Shown: positions 11,022 through 21,532 of the stretch, one piece after another
Layout: every line of letters begins with the position of its first letter
How positions within the stretch are numbered: position 1 is the stretch's first letter
Source: a bacterium
Lineage (GTDB): Bacteria; Hinthialibacterota; Hinthialibacteria; Hinthialibacterales; Hinthialibacteraceae
Length of the DNA: 64,000 bases
NCBI GenBank assembly: GCA_963663405.2
Contig: CAXXSM010000118.1
Span: 64,001 to 128,000, forward strand
Reading direction: 5' to 3'
Notes under the pieces: model-generated
Seen by the model: the letters and a program-made list of their open reading frames with translations, nothing else
The model's database searches: none
Told to the model about the DNA's origin: nothing
Program-made: the position numbers and the translations under genes

Positions 11022-12950
11022 GTGATCACGTAAAAATTAATTCCCATTTTCAGAGGAATGTAAAGTGTAGTTCAATTTACTTAAATTTTGATCCTTGACA
11101 ATGTTTAATTGTTTCATTTGTTCATTGGTTACAGTTTTTCCTTTTTTATATTTTTTCCGGACAAGATAAGCTTTGACTTTAAGACCGGTAGTGGTTTTTG
11201 TTGTTCGAATATAATTTAAGACAGTCTCATAACTATCAAGAGGCCTTCCTGCCCAGTTCTTACTTATCTCACTGAATAAGCGATGTTCAATTGGATTCCA
11301 TTTCGAACATCCCGCAGGATAATGAGAAACGGATACAGAAATACCATGAGGATCGCATAATTTGTGTTGAAGCCAATATTTCCATGTACGGCAATTTGAC
11401 CCATTACTCCCCCCTCCATCGGCCAGGATGAGTAAATGATTGGCTGATGGATATCGCTTTCGCCCTTCATAACGCCACCACTTTTCGACGCATTCGACAG
11501 CGAATTCGGGGGTGTCAAAAGAGGTCCCGACAAAAACCGTTCCACAGTTCGCTTGACAATCGTAAATCCCATAAGGAATCCCTTTGCCTTTCGCAGTCGA
11601 AGAAAAATCATGATCGGAAACCTCGATTGATTTTTGGGTCCATGTGGTTCCTTGATTTTTAAACGATCCAATTTTTTCTTTCTTTTTCGTATCCACACTT
11701 AAAATGGGATTGCCTTCTTGAGCGAATTGCTTTCGGATTTCTTCAATGTAAACAAATTGCTCATTTCGATCGTTGGAGGAAGCCGACGAAACACTTTTTT
11801 TATTCACCCGCAGAGAGAAATCCAATTGTTTCAAAATCCGAGCAACGGTTCGTTCGCTTATTTGGATGTCTAAGCGTTTGAGTTCTTCGGCCACTTTACA
11901 GCATGTCTTTCTGGTCCACTTCAGACCGGTCATCGGATCTCCCGCTGTTTCGTAATTCATTAATTCCTCAATGACATCTATGACTTTGTCAGTTTTTTTT
12001 CCACGGATTTTCGTCCGCCTCCAGGTTTACGTATGCGCTGAATCTCCACATCTTGCTCGATCAATTCACGGCGCCCTCGAGATACCGTGCCCACGTCTAT
12101 CCCCATGAAATTGGCGATGAGGCGGTCTCCCCCATGTCCCCATCGGAGCGATTCAAGTCCAGCATATAAACGGCGTTGCTTTTCATCCAAAAGACTCATA
12201 AATAGAATGATCGCCGCTTTCAATTCATCGCTTGTCGATTCCGGTGCAATTCGTTGGGATTCAAATTCTTGTTGGATACGACGGGCCGTCACTTGTTGTT
12301 TTTTGATAGTGGATTGAGAAGAGCAATAAAGGTATCGTCCACAGATTTTTTCGCGATAGAGTCGTCCAGTATTGATCAATTGGAGTAGAGCTTCTTTACA
12401 TCCTACATGAAGAATGTCTTGAAGCTCTGCAACGGAATATCCCGACTTGGAATGATTCACGATAAATTCAAGAGTCGATAGCAAAGTACCATGCTGAGAA
12501 AAATAAACCGATTGATAAGACCACAGACCCTGCTCATCGAATTTGACAAGTTGTTGAATCGTGTAAAATCGTCCCCCATGAGAGTAACTCGTATGATAAT
12601 TGAGTTCCTTCAACTTACGGAATACCGTTATGTTTGTGTTGGTACCCAAAACCTTTTTCATCTCTTCCATCGTTGCTATTTTTTGCGTTTTCAACATTAG
12701 TTCTAACTCTTTGGCATGGTAAAGTTTCGTATTCATCTCAACCTCAAAATGTTATAGTGTCGCCTCTATAAGCGATACTATAACATTTAGAATGAAAAAT
12801 CAATCCTTCTCGCTTATTATAAAAAAACTGTTTTTTACCTTTTATTAATAGCCTTTTTGGAAATTTTTCTATGTAAGTAAAAGAAATGTATTGTATTTCT
12901 AGTATGTTTGAGATTCGCTAATTAATCCGTAGTTATTTTTGCGCCAACCC
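11022..12950 (-). mobile_element. ISAzo13-family insertion sequence (about 1.93 kb)
   Basis: Flanked by TTA direct repeats at 11019-11021 and 12951-12953 (CCCTTA occurs on both sides). Imperfect terminal IRs GTGATCACGTAAAAATTAAT / GGGTTGGCGCAAAAATAACT. Contains a DDE transposase. Confidence 0.88.
11037..12736 (-). CDS. ISAzo13-family transposase in two ORFs joined by a probable -1 frameshift
   Basis: orfA (11978-12736) has LDEKQRRLYAG...GGGRK. orfB (11037-11960) has GDPMTGLKWT, ISVDTKKKE-like, ADGGGSNG and SKWNPIEHRLFS motifs. An A8 run at 11993-12000 joins them by -1 slip. Confidence 0.88.
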
Positions 12951-13677
12951 TTAATGGATGGAGAACGTTTTTTCCCAGCGGGTGTACTGCGGGATGACCG
13001 CCTCGAACCATTGGATGTAAGTAAAGTCAATGAACAAATCCGGTTTTCCTTTTTTTCATCTCCATCCAGTCTCGCGCCTTCCCAAGGGGAAACCTCCCCA
13101 TCCCCCGATAAGAAGGACGCGTATTCCTGGTTAAAAGCGCCCCGTTATGATGGAACAGCCATGGAAGTGGGCTCCTTGGCACGGCTCTTGATCGCATACA
13201 AGAAGAATCAACCCAAATCCGTTAAAACAATCCTGGACGATTTTTTACATGCGCATTCCTTAACGTTATCAGACCTTGTATCCACGATGGGACGGCACGC
13301 CGCACGAGCGATCGAATCTCAAATCGTCGCCCGGCAATGTTTGGAATGGATCGATCAATTGGTTCCCGGCAAACCGGCGTTTCAAGATTATTCCATTCCC
13401 AATCGGGCGGAAGGCGTTGGATTGACCGAAGCGCCACGAGGAGCGTTGGGCCATTGGATACAAATCCAGAATGGAAAAATCGGGCGGTATCAATGCGTCG
13501 TCCCAACAACATGGAATTGTTCGCCCCGTGACGACCAGGAACAACCCGGCCCCGTCGAACAGGCTCTCGTGGGGATTCCAGTCACCGATGAGAAGAATCC
13601 GATTGAAGTCGCGCGGGTGGTTCGTTCATTCGATCCATGTCTCGCATGCGCCGTTCATTAAGTAAGGAGAGAATCGA

Positions 13678-14577
13678 ATGGATAAATTCACACGGAGAGA
13701 ATGGTTGCAATTCGGCGCAAAACTTTGCGCGCTCATGGGGATTGAAACAACATCAATACCACGCATCGTCCAGGCGCTGGAATCCATCCAAACAGGAAAT
13801 ACACCAGTCGTATGGTTACAAGGACAGAGTTGTTCGGGTTGTTCCGTCTCTTTCATTAACAGTGACGCTCCCGATCCGGTTGAAATTCTAACTCAATATA
13901 TCTCTCTCCGCTTTCATTCCACCCTATCAACAGCGACGGGCGCCTTGGGAATGGAGATGATCGAAAACGTTATTGAAAATGAAAAATTTTACTTAGTGGT
14001 TGAAGGAAGTGTTCCCGCCAAAATGCCCAAGGCTTGTTTAATGGGCCATAAACCCATCACAACATGGATTGAAATGGCCGCGAACAAAGTAACCGCGTTA
14101 ATTGCGATTGGATCCTGCGCGGCCTTTGGAGGCATCCCCGCCGCGGAAAACAATCCAACCGGCGCGATCAGCGTTCCCGATTTCATCAAAGAACGCCGGA
14201 TCAACATTCCTGTTATCCGGTTGCCTGGATGTCCTTGTCATCCGGATTGGTTTGTAGGGACTCTCGCTTACACACTCGCCTATGGATTACCGGAATTAGA
14301 TTCCTACCAACGCCCAACGATGTTTTATAAACGGTTGATTCACGATCAATGTCCGCGTTTCGCCGACTATGAACGGGAACGGTTTGCCCAAACTTTTGGC
14401 GATGAAGGGTGTTTATTCAAACTGGGCTGCGCCGGCCCAATCACACATGCGGATTGCACATTGCGCCATTGGAATTCTGGAGTCAATACATGTATCCGCG
14501 CGGGTGCGCCGTGTGTCGGTTGCGCGTCAGAAACGTTTGCGAGGAAGTCCCGCTTTCCTCTTTATACAAAATCGTAA
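13678..14577 (+). CDS. [NiFe]-hydrogenase small subunit with Tat-type leader and no C-terminal membrane anchor
   Basis: TRREWLQ leader, WLQGQSCSGC, GSCAAFGGIP, PGCPCHPDW, HDQCPR..CLFKLGC.GP.THADC, and NTCIRAGAPCVGC motifs. AAGGAG RBS. Confidence 0.93.
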   Translation: MDKFTRREWLQFGAKLCALMGIETTSIPRIVQALESIQTGNTPVVWLQGQSCSGCSVSFINSDAPDPVEILTQYISLRFHSTLSTATGALGMEMIENVIENEKFYLVVEGSVPAKMPKACLMGHKPITTWIEMAANKVTALIAIGSCAAFGGIPAAENNPTGAISVPDFIKERRINIPVIRLPGCPCHPDWFVGTLAYTLAYGLPELDSYQRPTMFYKRLIHDQCPRFADYERERFAQTFGDEGCLFKLGCAGPITHADCTLRHWNSGVNTCIRAGAPCVGCASETFARKSRFPLYTKS

Positions 14578-15108
14578 TCAATATAACTACAAGAACGGTG
14601 AAACATGAAACTGCATACAAAATTGATCCTCTTCCTTATCATCGGTCTTTCGATCGTCGTTTTTTTAGGACAATTATTTCAATACAACACCGCCAGTCAT
14701 CGACTCAATCAATTTTCTCAAAACCTTCAAACCATCCTGACGGAACGGGAAGATCAAAACGCCCGGACGATCTTTGAAATGCTGGAAAGCTCCGTCGCTG
14801 GTTCGTTGGAACGAGGGGAGATGGAGAAATTCAAGCGCACACTCGAAGAACAAAGCCGTGTCGAAGGCATTTTAGAATTTTCACTCTTTAGTAAAACTGG
14901 GCGCGTTACGCATTCATCCGATTCTTCAAATGTGAATCGTGAATTGGAACGAAACTTATTTATCGAATTAACACAAAATCCAGACCGACGTATTGTGAAT
15001 TCCGAACAATACATCGAAATCTATCAACCACAAGTTGTGACACCCGATTGTATTCGTTGCCATATGGCTTGGGTGGAAAATGAAATCGGGGGAGTCACTT
15101 ACTTACGT

Positions 15109-17342
15109 TCAGACCTCCTGATCTGGGGGATATTGATCTGACACCAATTGGTAAACGAGACGTAGATTCGTGCCAGGATAAATGGTTTCGGTTTCATTCA
15201 ATTGAGCGGCCAAATGACGGGCGGCTTGATCGGAAAGGCGGTTGGTCAAGTGATGGAGCCGAACCGTGAGAATCTCTTTTTCTTCATCGGGAATCAGATC
15301 CGCCTCGGTGGTCATGATTTCCCGCGCCAACGAACGCGCATCGTCTCCCCGGCTCAGCACCTCCCGCAGGATTGCCACCATCGCCGTTTCCGCCCGATAC
15401 GCAATCATTCGAATCGTATCCATGAATTGTTTCTTCGCTGGAGCCAATTGGTGAAATTTTGCCTCCTCTGGCAAGTCCACAAACGCGATATGCTTTTTCG
15501 TTTGCTTCCGGCTCCGCTTGAACTCATCGAGTTGTTTCTCCATCCCTCCGATCTCTTCAAGGAGGGCGCCTTTCTGGATTTCATAGCATTCGATCTCTTT
15601 CGGATCGGAGGATTCCTTTAGGACAAGGGCGCCGAATTCCGCTTGCTTTCGAGTCTTTTTCCCCGCCAGGCTTTTGATCTGACTTTCCAATTTCCGATAG
15701 GCCGGATTCACCACTTTCACCGTCTCATCCGGCAAGACCGTTTCATACCCGATAAGTCCATCTAAATGAAAGTGTTCCATCATGTACCGAAAGAAGTTTT
15801 CCTGACACCAACGCGCGAACATATGCGCCGCCAGTTGACTCGCATCCGATGTATAATCCGTACTGATCACAGCGGTTTGATGCCCTGTATCCCCCAACTT
15901 GCGAATCTCCCGCACCCAGATTTTTCCTCCCAGAAAGACGCCTCTCTCGGCCAAGCGCATCGGCGATTCATGCCCACCAGGCAGACGCACATTCACTGTC
16001 TCGAATTCTGAAACTGGCCAATCTTCTCCCTGAAACTTGCGGTACGTTTGACACGCGATCCGCGAATCCCACATCTGAGCGAAGAATCCGGGGCTATAGC
16101 CTTCCCGGTCGAACACCAGGACGAACCGGTGGAGATAGGGATTGGATTCAAGGTTTTCGGCCGTGGGTTGATGGGGAACATCTTTTAGCAACTGTGGAAC
16201 AATGTCTTGTTTGAGCCGATCCAACAAGCCGGTGGTGAATGGAGTGCTCACCACAAAGAAGGGGCGGCCTTCGCCGTCGTTCACCCAATAGTCGGTGAGT
16301 CCACGCAAACATAATCGTTGACGCGCGACATAGCGGCGGGGCAGTTTCGTTTGCGAACCGTGATAGACGCGGACATGACCATCGACATATAAAACGCCCG
16401 CCGCGTCCGGATCCGCCTCCATCCACTCCCGGGACAATTCGTCCCCCCATTCTTTGATCTGGTCTGGTTGGGCGAGAATTTTGATTTTTTCCCGCAGGGT
16501 CCGCACTTCGGGAATTCGATCTAAGCCCAGTAACTTGCCCCCTTCCCCCGCGGGATGATAGCGCAACTGTTCCGGCGTTTTGATCCGCGTCAACGCCATG
16601 AAAGCCAACACAATAAAAATGTGGACGCAACTGTAAAATCCTTTGGGGAGAGAAAAGTTCTTCGAGACATTCTTCAGCAGCCCGTTGGCGAGTAACGCGG
16701 GCATCGCCCATAACACGCCGCCTTGCGCCACATCCAATTCCGTCTCGAAACGAGTCGGGGCTTCCTCCAACTGCCCGGTCGCCGCGCAGACCCGCTCCAC
16801 CATTCGCGTACAGCCCATCCCCATCGCCGCTTGGCTGTCTTCTACGCTTCGCTCGCTTTTCGGGCGGCCTCCGGCATCGTTTTTTTTAGCGGCTCCACCA
16901 GGCGGCCGGCTTGGATCGCCTTATTCAACGTATTCCGCTTAAGGCCCAACTGATCGGCGATCTCCGCTCGAGAGAGCCCCTCGTTCAAGAACTCTTGCGC
17001 TTGCTGGAGGACGTCTTTTGTCAAGACATGCGCGCCTCGCGTTCGAGGCGTTTCAAAAAACGCCGCCGCTCCGCCTTTCCGGTATTTCTTGACCCACCGC
17101 TTCACGCTGATCGCGCTCACGCCAAACGCTCGGACAATCTCCATTTGCGTGCATTGCCCGTTCACGACAAACTGACTGGTAATCAAACGGAAACTCTTTT
17201 GATCGGTTTCCGGATGCGTGTAAATAGGAAAGGCGCCATGAAAATAATAGACCGAACCGTCCTGCTTCCGGTACGAGAGTACATCGGTGATGTAGCCTTC
17301 CTCGACATCGGCAAAGTGGGGTAAGAATCCTTGTGGCATCAA
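15109..17342 (-). CDS. Transposase: HTH orfA (16842-17342) plus DDE orfB (15109-16824), probable -1 frameshift fusion
   Basis: orfA has HTH-like motifs (IVRAFGVSAISVKRWVKKY). orfB has YVDGHVRVY, VFDREGYS and RWCQENFFRY DDE motifs. An A8 run at 16880-16887 links the frames. Confidence 0.85.
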
Positions 17343-17440
17343 CCGGGCTCCTTTTCGGATCGAGCATTTTTATCCCCAAAAAGGTATCTTGCCAAAATCA
17401 TCAACTCTACGGAATCCCCCGGCCCAGCTCAGGAGGTCTG
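15110..17440 (-). mobile_element. Insertion sequence of about 2.33 kb, ISNCY-like (unclassified DDE type)
   Basis: Terminal IR CAGACCTCCTGA(T/G)CTGGG at 15110-15127 and 17423-17440. 5-bp target duplication ACGTT at 15105-15109 and 17441-17445. Confidence 0.9.
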
Positions 17441-18614
17441 ACGTTATTCCACCCAAGCGATGGAACAGGTCAAAGAACAAAACCTGACAACCTTTCAAGA
17501 ATTGAAATCCGCGACATTTCGAAACGGTATTATTGTTGTCATTCTAATTATCGTTTTTTGTTTATTGGTAATCTATTCACTCGTTCGTTATCTCGTATCC
17601 AAACCACTCAATGAGTGTGTTGACTTGGCGCAATCCGTCGCGTCGGGCGATCTCACTCAACGCCTGGAAATCAAAACAAAAGATGAAATTGGGCAATTGG
17701 TTCAGTCTTTGAATACGATGACAGAAAAACTGCAAACGACGATCGGCCGGATCTATCAAGCGACGGAACAAGTCGCGGCTGGATCGGATCGATTGTCTTC
17801 CTCGTCACAGAATTTAGCGGCGGCCGCCTTGGAACAATCTTCCAGCCTGAACGAAACAGCCAGTTCGTTAGACAACCTTATGAATTCAATCCGCCAGAAC
17901 GCAGACAATGCGAAAACAACAGATCAAGTCACTCAAACCTCCGTCGAACAAGCGGATCAAGGCCAAATCGCCGTCTCCAAGACCGTTGATGATATGAAAA
18001 AAATCGCGGAACAGATTGGAATCATCAATGACATTACAGATCAGACCGATCTTCTCGCTCTGAATGCGGCGATCGAAGCCGCGCGGGCGGGGGAGATGGG
18101 AAAAGGATTCGCGGTGGTGGCTGTGGAAGTGCGTAAACTGGCGGAACGAAGCCAAAGCGCGGCTAAAGAAATCGTCGCCTTAGTCAAAAAAAGCGTTTCA
18201 CAAGCCGAAAACGCAGGCGCGCGGATTCAGGAAATCTCTCCAACCATTCAAAAAGCTTCTCAATTGGTTCAAGAAATCACATCGATTTGTGACGAACAAT
18301 CAAAAATGTCCGAACAGATCCGCCATGCGTTAACTCATCTAGAATCCATCTCGAAACAAAACCAAGACACGAGCGATGAAACCGCCTCCGCAAGCGAAGA
18401 ACTCGCCTCCCAAGCCTTCTCCATGCAGGATTTAGTCAGACAGTTTAAAATGGATCAGCGTTACTGAACAGCGCCAGAGAGTACCATATCTAGCAGAAAT
18501 AAAACACAGCAAGATCATCCAGAACTATCCCCAAAAATACAATAGGTCTATGATATCTATTCAGGAAGAAAGAATAGTATACTTGACTCGATTTCAAAGG
18601 AATGTTTGCGAAAA

Positions 18615-19529
18615 ATGAATAACAATAGAGAATTAATTCAAGATTTAAAAGAACTTAATAGATTAGAGAGTCAATTTTTAAAACTCTCTAATGAAGCAAA
18701 AACACCTGAAACTGAAGAGGAAATGATCCAAAATTTTGAAAATATAGGAAATATATCAATAAATGCATTTAAGTTAAAAGAGAAAATATCAACAAAAATA
18801 GCTTTTATTGATGATCCAATCATAGATATAAATAATAAGATAATTGATTTTGATGGAACAGATTATAAAGATATAGAAATTACATTTAAAAAGATAAAAG
18901 AAGATAAAAAATTTTACTCTATAGATTTTCTCTGCGAATATTATAAAATTCTCAGATCTTCCAGTATTTTCGAATCTAATGGAACTAAACAAGAATTGCC
19001 ATCAACACTCGATTTATCAACATTGAATCTATTCGAAGAAAAAGATCCAGAATATTTTCATGATCATTTTCTTGGCAATAGTCAATATAGAATAACTGAA
19101 TATTATTATAATAGATTGCGCATTTCCCCTTTATTAGTATCGAAAAACATACCGAGAAGACTGGATGATTATTTTTCTGAAATTAGGGAAACGTATTCTT
19201 GGTGTTTATACAAAGCTTGTATTTCTTTAAGCCGTGCTTTGTTAGATCACTGTATAACTGAGGAGTTAATAAAAAAGCCAAGTTATAAAAAGGAAAAAAC
19301 AGAGATAAAGAAAATAGAAGGTAGATTTGATTTTGATATAAGAATAGATTTAGCTTTAAAATTAAGAATTATCACCGAGAAATTAACAGAAGATGCTCAT
19401 ACAATAAGAAAAAAAGCAAATATAATTTTGCATGATCCAAAAAAGCACGTCAAAAATAACGACAAAGAAACTTACGATTTAATTCATAAAACTGTCGGTA
19501 TTCTTGAATGGATTTATAGAAAGAAATAG
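18615..19529 (+). CDS. AT-rich hypothetical protein with a C-terminal DUF4145/HEPN-like domain
   Basis: YKACISLSRALLD and AHTIRKKANIILH (RxxxNxxxH) motifs. Much more AT-rich than its neighbours. Confidence 0.6.
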   Translation: MNNNRELIQDLKELNRLESQFLKLSNEAKTPETEEEMIQNFENIGNISINAFKLKEKISTKIAFIDDPIIDINNKIIDFDGTDYKDIEITFKKIKEDKKFYSIDFLCEYYKILRSSSIFESNGTKQELPSTLDLSTLNLFEEKDPEYFHDHFLGNSQYRITEYYYNRLRISPLLVSKNIPRRLDDYFSEIRETYSWCLYKACISLSRALLDHCITEELIKKPSYKKEKTEIKKIEGRFDFDIRIDLALKLRIITEKLTEDAHTIRKKANIILHDPKKHVKNNDKETYDLIHKTVGILEWIYRKK

Positions 19530-19577
19530 ATATTCACTATATGGATTATACGAAAATTGTATGGTGTAAATTGTAAT

Positions 19578-20510
19578 TCAATACATCTTCGTTCGGCGAA
19601 TCAGATATCGCATCAGAAGATGATCGAAAGGAACTGAGGTGTTGACGGGGATATAGTCGAGGCGGGCGGCGGAGCATTCGCGGGTGTAATACTGGCGCCA
19701 TTCTTCCGCCTGCTGGATGTATTCACGTCTGAGAAGAGTCGCGTCGGTTGGGAGTTCTTCGCCTGTCTCCGCATCGACAAAGGTGGTCGCGCCGGTGAAG
19801 GGGAATTCCCACTCGTCGGAATCGAGAATGTGAAAGAGAATCACCTCGTGCCCTCGATACCGCAGGTGATGCAATCCCCGAATCACTTCCAACGGCTCTT
19901 CCCATAGATCGGACAAAATTACAATCAATCCCCGCCGCGTCATGCGTTCCGCGATGGTATGAAGGATTGAAGCGATGGATGTTTCGGTCTTCTCTTTCGT
20001 ATCCGGATAGGGCAGACGGGCCATTTCTTTCAGAAGAACGGTGAGATGGGATGGACTGCTGCGAGGGGGAATATACCGCCGCATACAATCGGCGCCGACC
20101 GCGAGACCGACGGAATCGGATTGGCGGATCATGAGATACCCCAAAGCGGCGGCGACACTGCGGGCGTAATCCAACTTGGTTACCTCCGCGGCGCCGTAAT
20201 TCATCGAGGCGCTGCCATCGAGAATCAGGCAGGCCTTCAGGTTGGTCTCCTCTTCATATTCCTTGATATAGTACTTATCCGTCCGACCCCAGACCTTCCA
20301 ATCAATGGCGCACGGATCGTCGCCTTTGGCATATTCTCTATGTTCGGCGAATTCGACGCTGAAACCATGATAGGGGCTGCGGTGCAATCCGGCGATGAAT
20401 CCCTCGACAACCAAGCGGGCGACCAATTTCAAATTGGCGATCCGGCTGATTTTCGCTGGATCGAGGAATTTTCGCCAATCCCCGGATTCTAAATGATTAA
20501 GTTGATTCAT
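19578..20510 (-). CDS. DUF58 domain protein (MoxR partner, VWA-like)
   Basis: GLHRSPYHGFSVEFAEHREY..GDD...IDWK, EEETNL, LDGSASM and ILSDL motifs. Confidence 0.93.
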   Translation of the reverse strand: MNQLNHLESGDWRKFLDPAKISRIANLKLVARLVVEGFIAGLHRSPYHGFSVEFAEHREYAKGDDPCAIDWKVWGRTDKYYIKEYEEETNLKACLILDGSASMNYGAAEVTKLDYARSVAAALGYLMIRQSDSVGLAVGADCMRRYIPPRSSPSHLTVLLKEMARLPYPDTKEKTETSIASILHTIAERMTRRGLIVILSDLWEEPLEVIRGLHHLRYRGHEVILFHILDSDEWEFPFTGATTFVDAETGEELPTDATLLRREYIQQAEEWRQYYTRECSAARLDYIPVNTSVPFDHLLMRYLIRRTKMY

Positions 20511-21529
20511 GAATAATCCCTATCCGACGCTTCCGGGATGGTCTCGAGAAGGCGGTTGATGATATCGATCACACCAACGCCTTCACTTTCCGCTGTGAAA
20601 TTGGCGACGATGCGATGGCGCAGAACCGACGGCGCGACTGCGCGGATATCATCACAGGAAACATTCAATTCCCCCCGGATAGCCGCCCGCGCTTTGCCGC
20701 CGAGTATCAAATACTGCCCCGCTCTCGGCCCCGCCCCCCAGCTGACCCATTCTTTAATGAAATCAGGTGAGTCTTCATTTTTCGGTCTTGTGCTTCGGAC
20801 CAACCGGGCGGCGTAGTCAATTACATGATCCGAAACCGGTATCCCCCGAACCGTTCGAGAAATCCACCCGAAATCGACTTGGTCAAGTTTTTGCAATTCA
20901 CCATCACGGGAAGGGAGAGTGGTGACTTTGATGATTTCACGTTCTTCTTCCGCTAAGGGATAATCGATATAGATATTGAACATAAAACGGTCCAACTGCG
21001 CTTCCGGAAGGGGATACGTGCCTTCCTGCTCAATGGGATTCTGTGTAGCGAGAACGAAGAAAGGCGGGCCGAGAGGATAATCCGTCCCAGCGACAGTGAC
21101 TTTTCGCTCCTGCATCGCTTCAAGGAGCGCCGCTTGCGTTTTAGGGGGGGTACGGTTTATTTCATCGGCAAGAACGATTTGCGCAAATACTGGCCCCTTG
21201 ATAAATATGAACTTACGCTTCCTCGTCTCAGGATCTTCCTCAATCACGTCTGTGCCGATAATATCGCTGGGCATGAGGTCGGGAGTAAACTGGATTCGTT
21301 TGAATGAAAGTTGGAAAATATCGGCGACAGTCTGCACCAGCATGGTTTTCGCCAAACCGGGAACACCAACAATCAGCGCATGCGCGCCAACAAAAAGAGC
21401 GATAAGCAACTCATCAACAACGCCTTTTTGTCCAATAATAATTTTACTGATTTCGTTGTCGATTGTTCTTTTAATTCCCGAAAGTTTTTGCACATCTTCC
21501 AAAGTGGGGACAATTTGCATAGTTAACAA
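20507..21529 (-). CDS. MoxR family AAA+ ATPase
   Basis: GVPGLAKT Walker A, RIQFTPDLMPSDI, LADEINRTPPKTQAALLEAM and ATQNPIEQEGTYPLPEAQLDRF motifs. Confidence 0.95.
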   Translation of the reverse strand: MLTMQIVPTLEDVQKLSGIKRTIDNEISKIIIGQKGVVDELLIALFVGAHALIVGVPGLAKTMLVQTVADIFQLSFKRIQFTPDLMPSDIIGTDVIEEDPETRKRKFIFIKGPVFAQIVLADEINRTPPKTQAALLEAMQERKVTVAGTDYPLGPPFFVLATQNPIEQEGTYPLPEAQLDRFMFNIYIDYPLAEEEREIIKVTTLPSRDGELQKLDQVDFGWISRTVRGIPVSDHVIDYAARLVRSTRPKNEDSPDFIKEWVSWGAGPRAGQYLILGGKARAAIRGELNVSCDDIRAVAPSVLRHRIVANFTAESEGVGVIDIINRLLETIPEASDRDYS

Positions 21530-21532
21530 TCC

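Larger units (their letters stand above)
10215..13661 (+). pseudogene. [NiFe]-hydrogenase large subunit interrupted by an IS (504 aa when rejoined)
   Basis: The 5' part has DPITRIEGH, MFRGFE and the L1 motif QRICGICPVSH. The 3' part has YSWLKAPRY, EAPRGALGHW, VVPTTWN and the L2 motif RSFDPCLACAVH*. Joining 10215-11021 to 12954-13661 reads ...VFHEPL|MDGERFFPAG in frame. Confidence 0.93.
14605..18467 (+). pseudogene. Methyl-accepting chemotaxis protein with a periplasmic c-type heme motif, interrupted by an IS (508 aa when rejoined)
   Basis: TM1, periplasmic domain with CIRCH (CxxCH), TM2, HAMP (GDLT...DEIGQL) and the MCP hairpin [33 protein letters not shown]. Joining 14605-15109 to 17446-18467 reads GVTYLR|YSTQAMEQ in frame. 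Confidence 0.92.

Noticed and set aside
13632-13661. Selenocysteine ([NiFeSe]) hydrogenase
   Set aside because: The L2 motif is encoded with TGT/TGC (DPCLAC) and has no in-frame TGA.
10197-13661. Naturally split large subunit or intein/intron
   Set aside because: The intervening DNA is an IS with terminal IRs, a target duplication and a DDE transposase.
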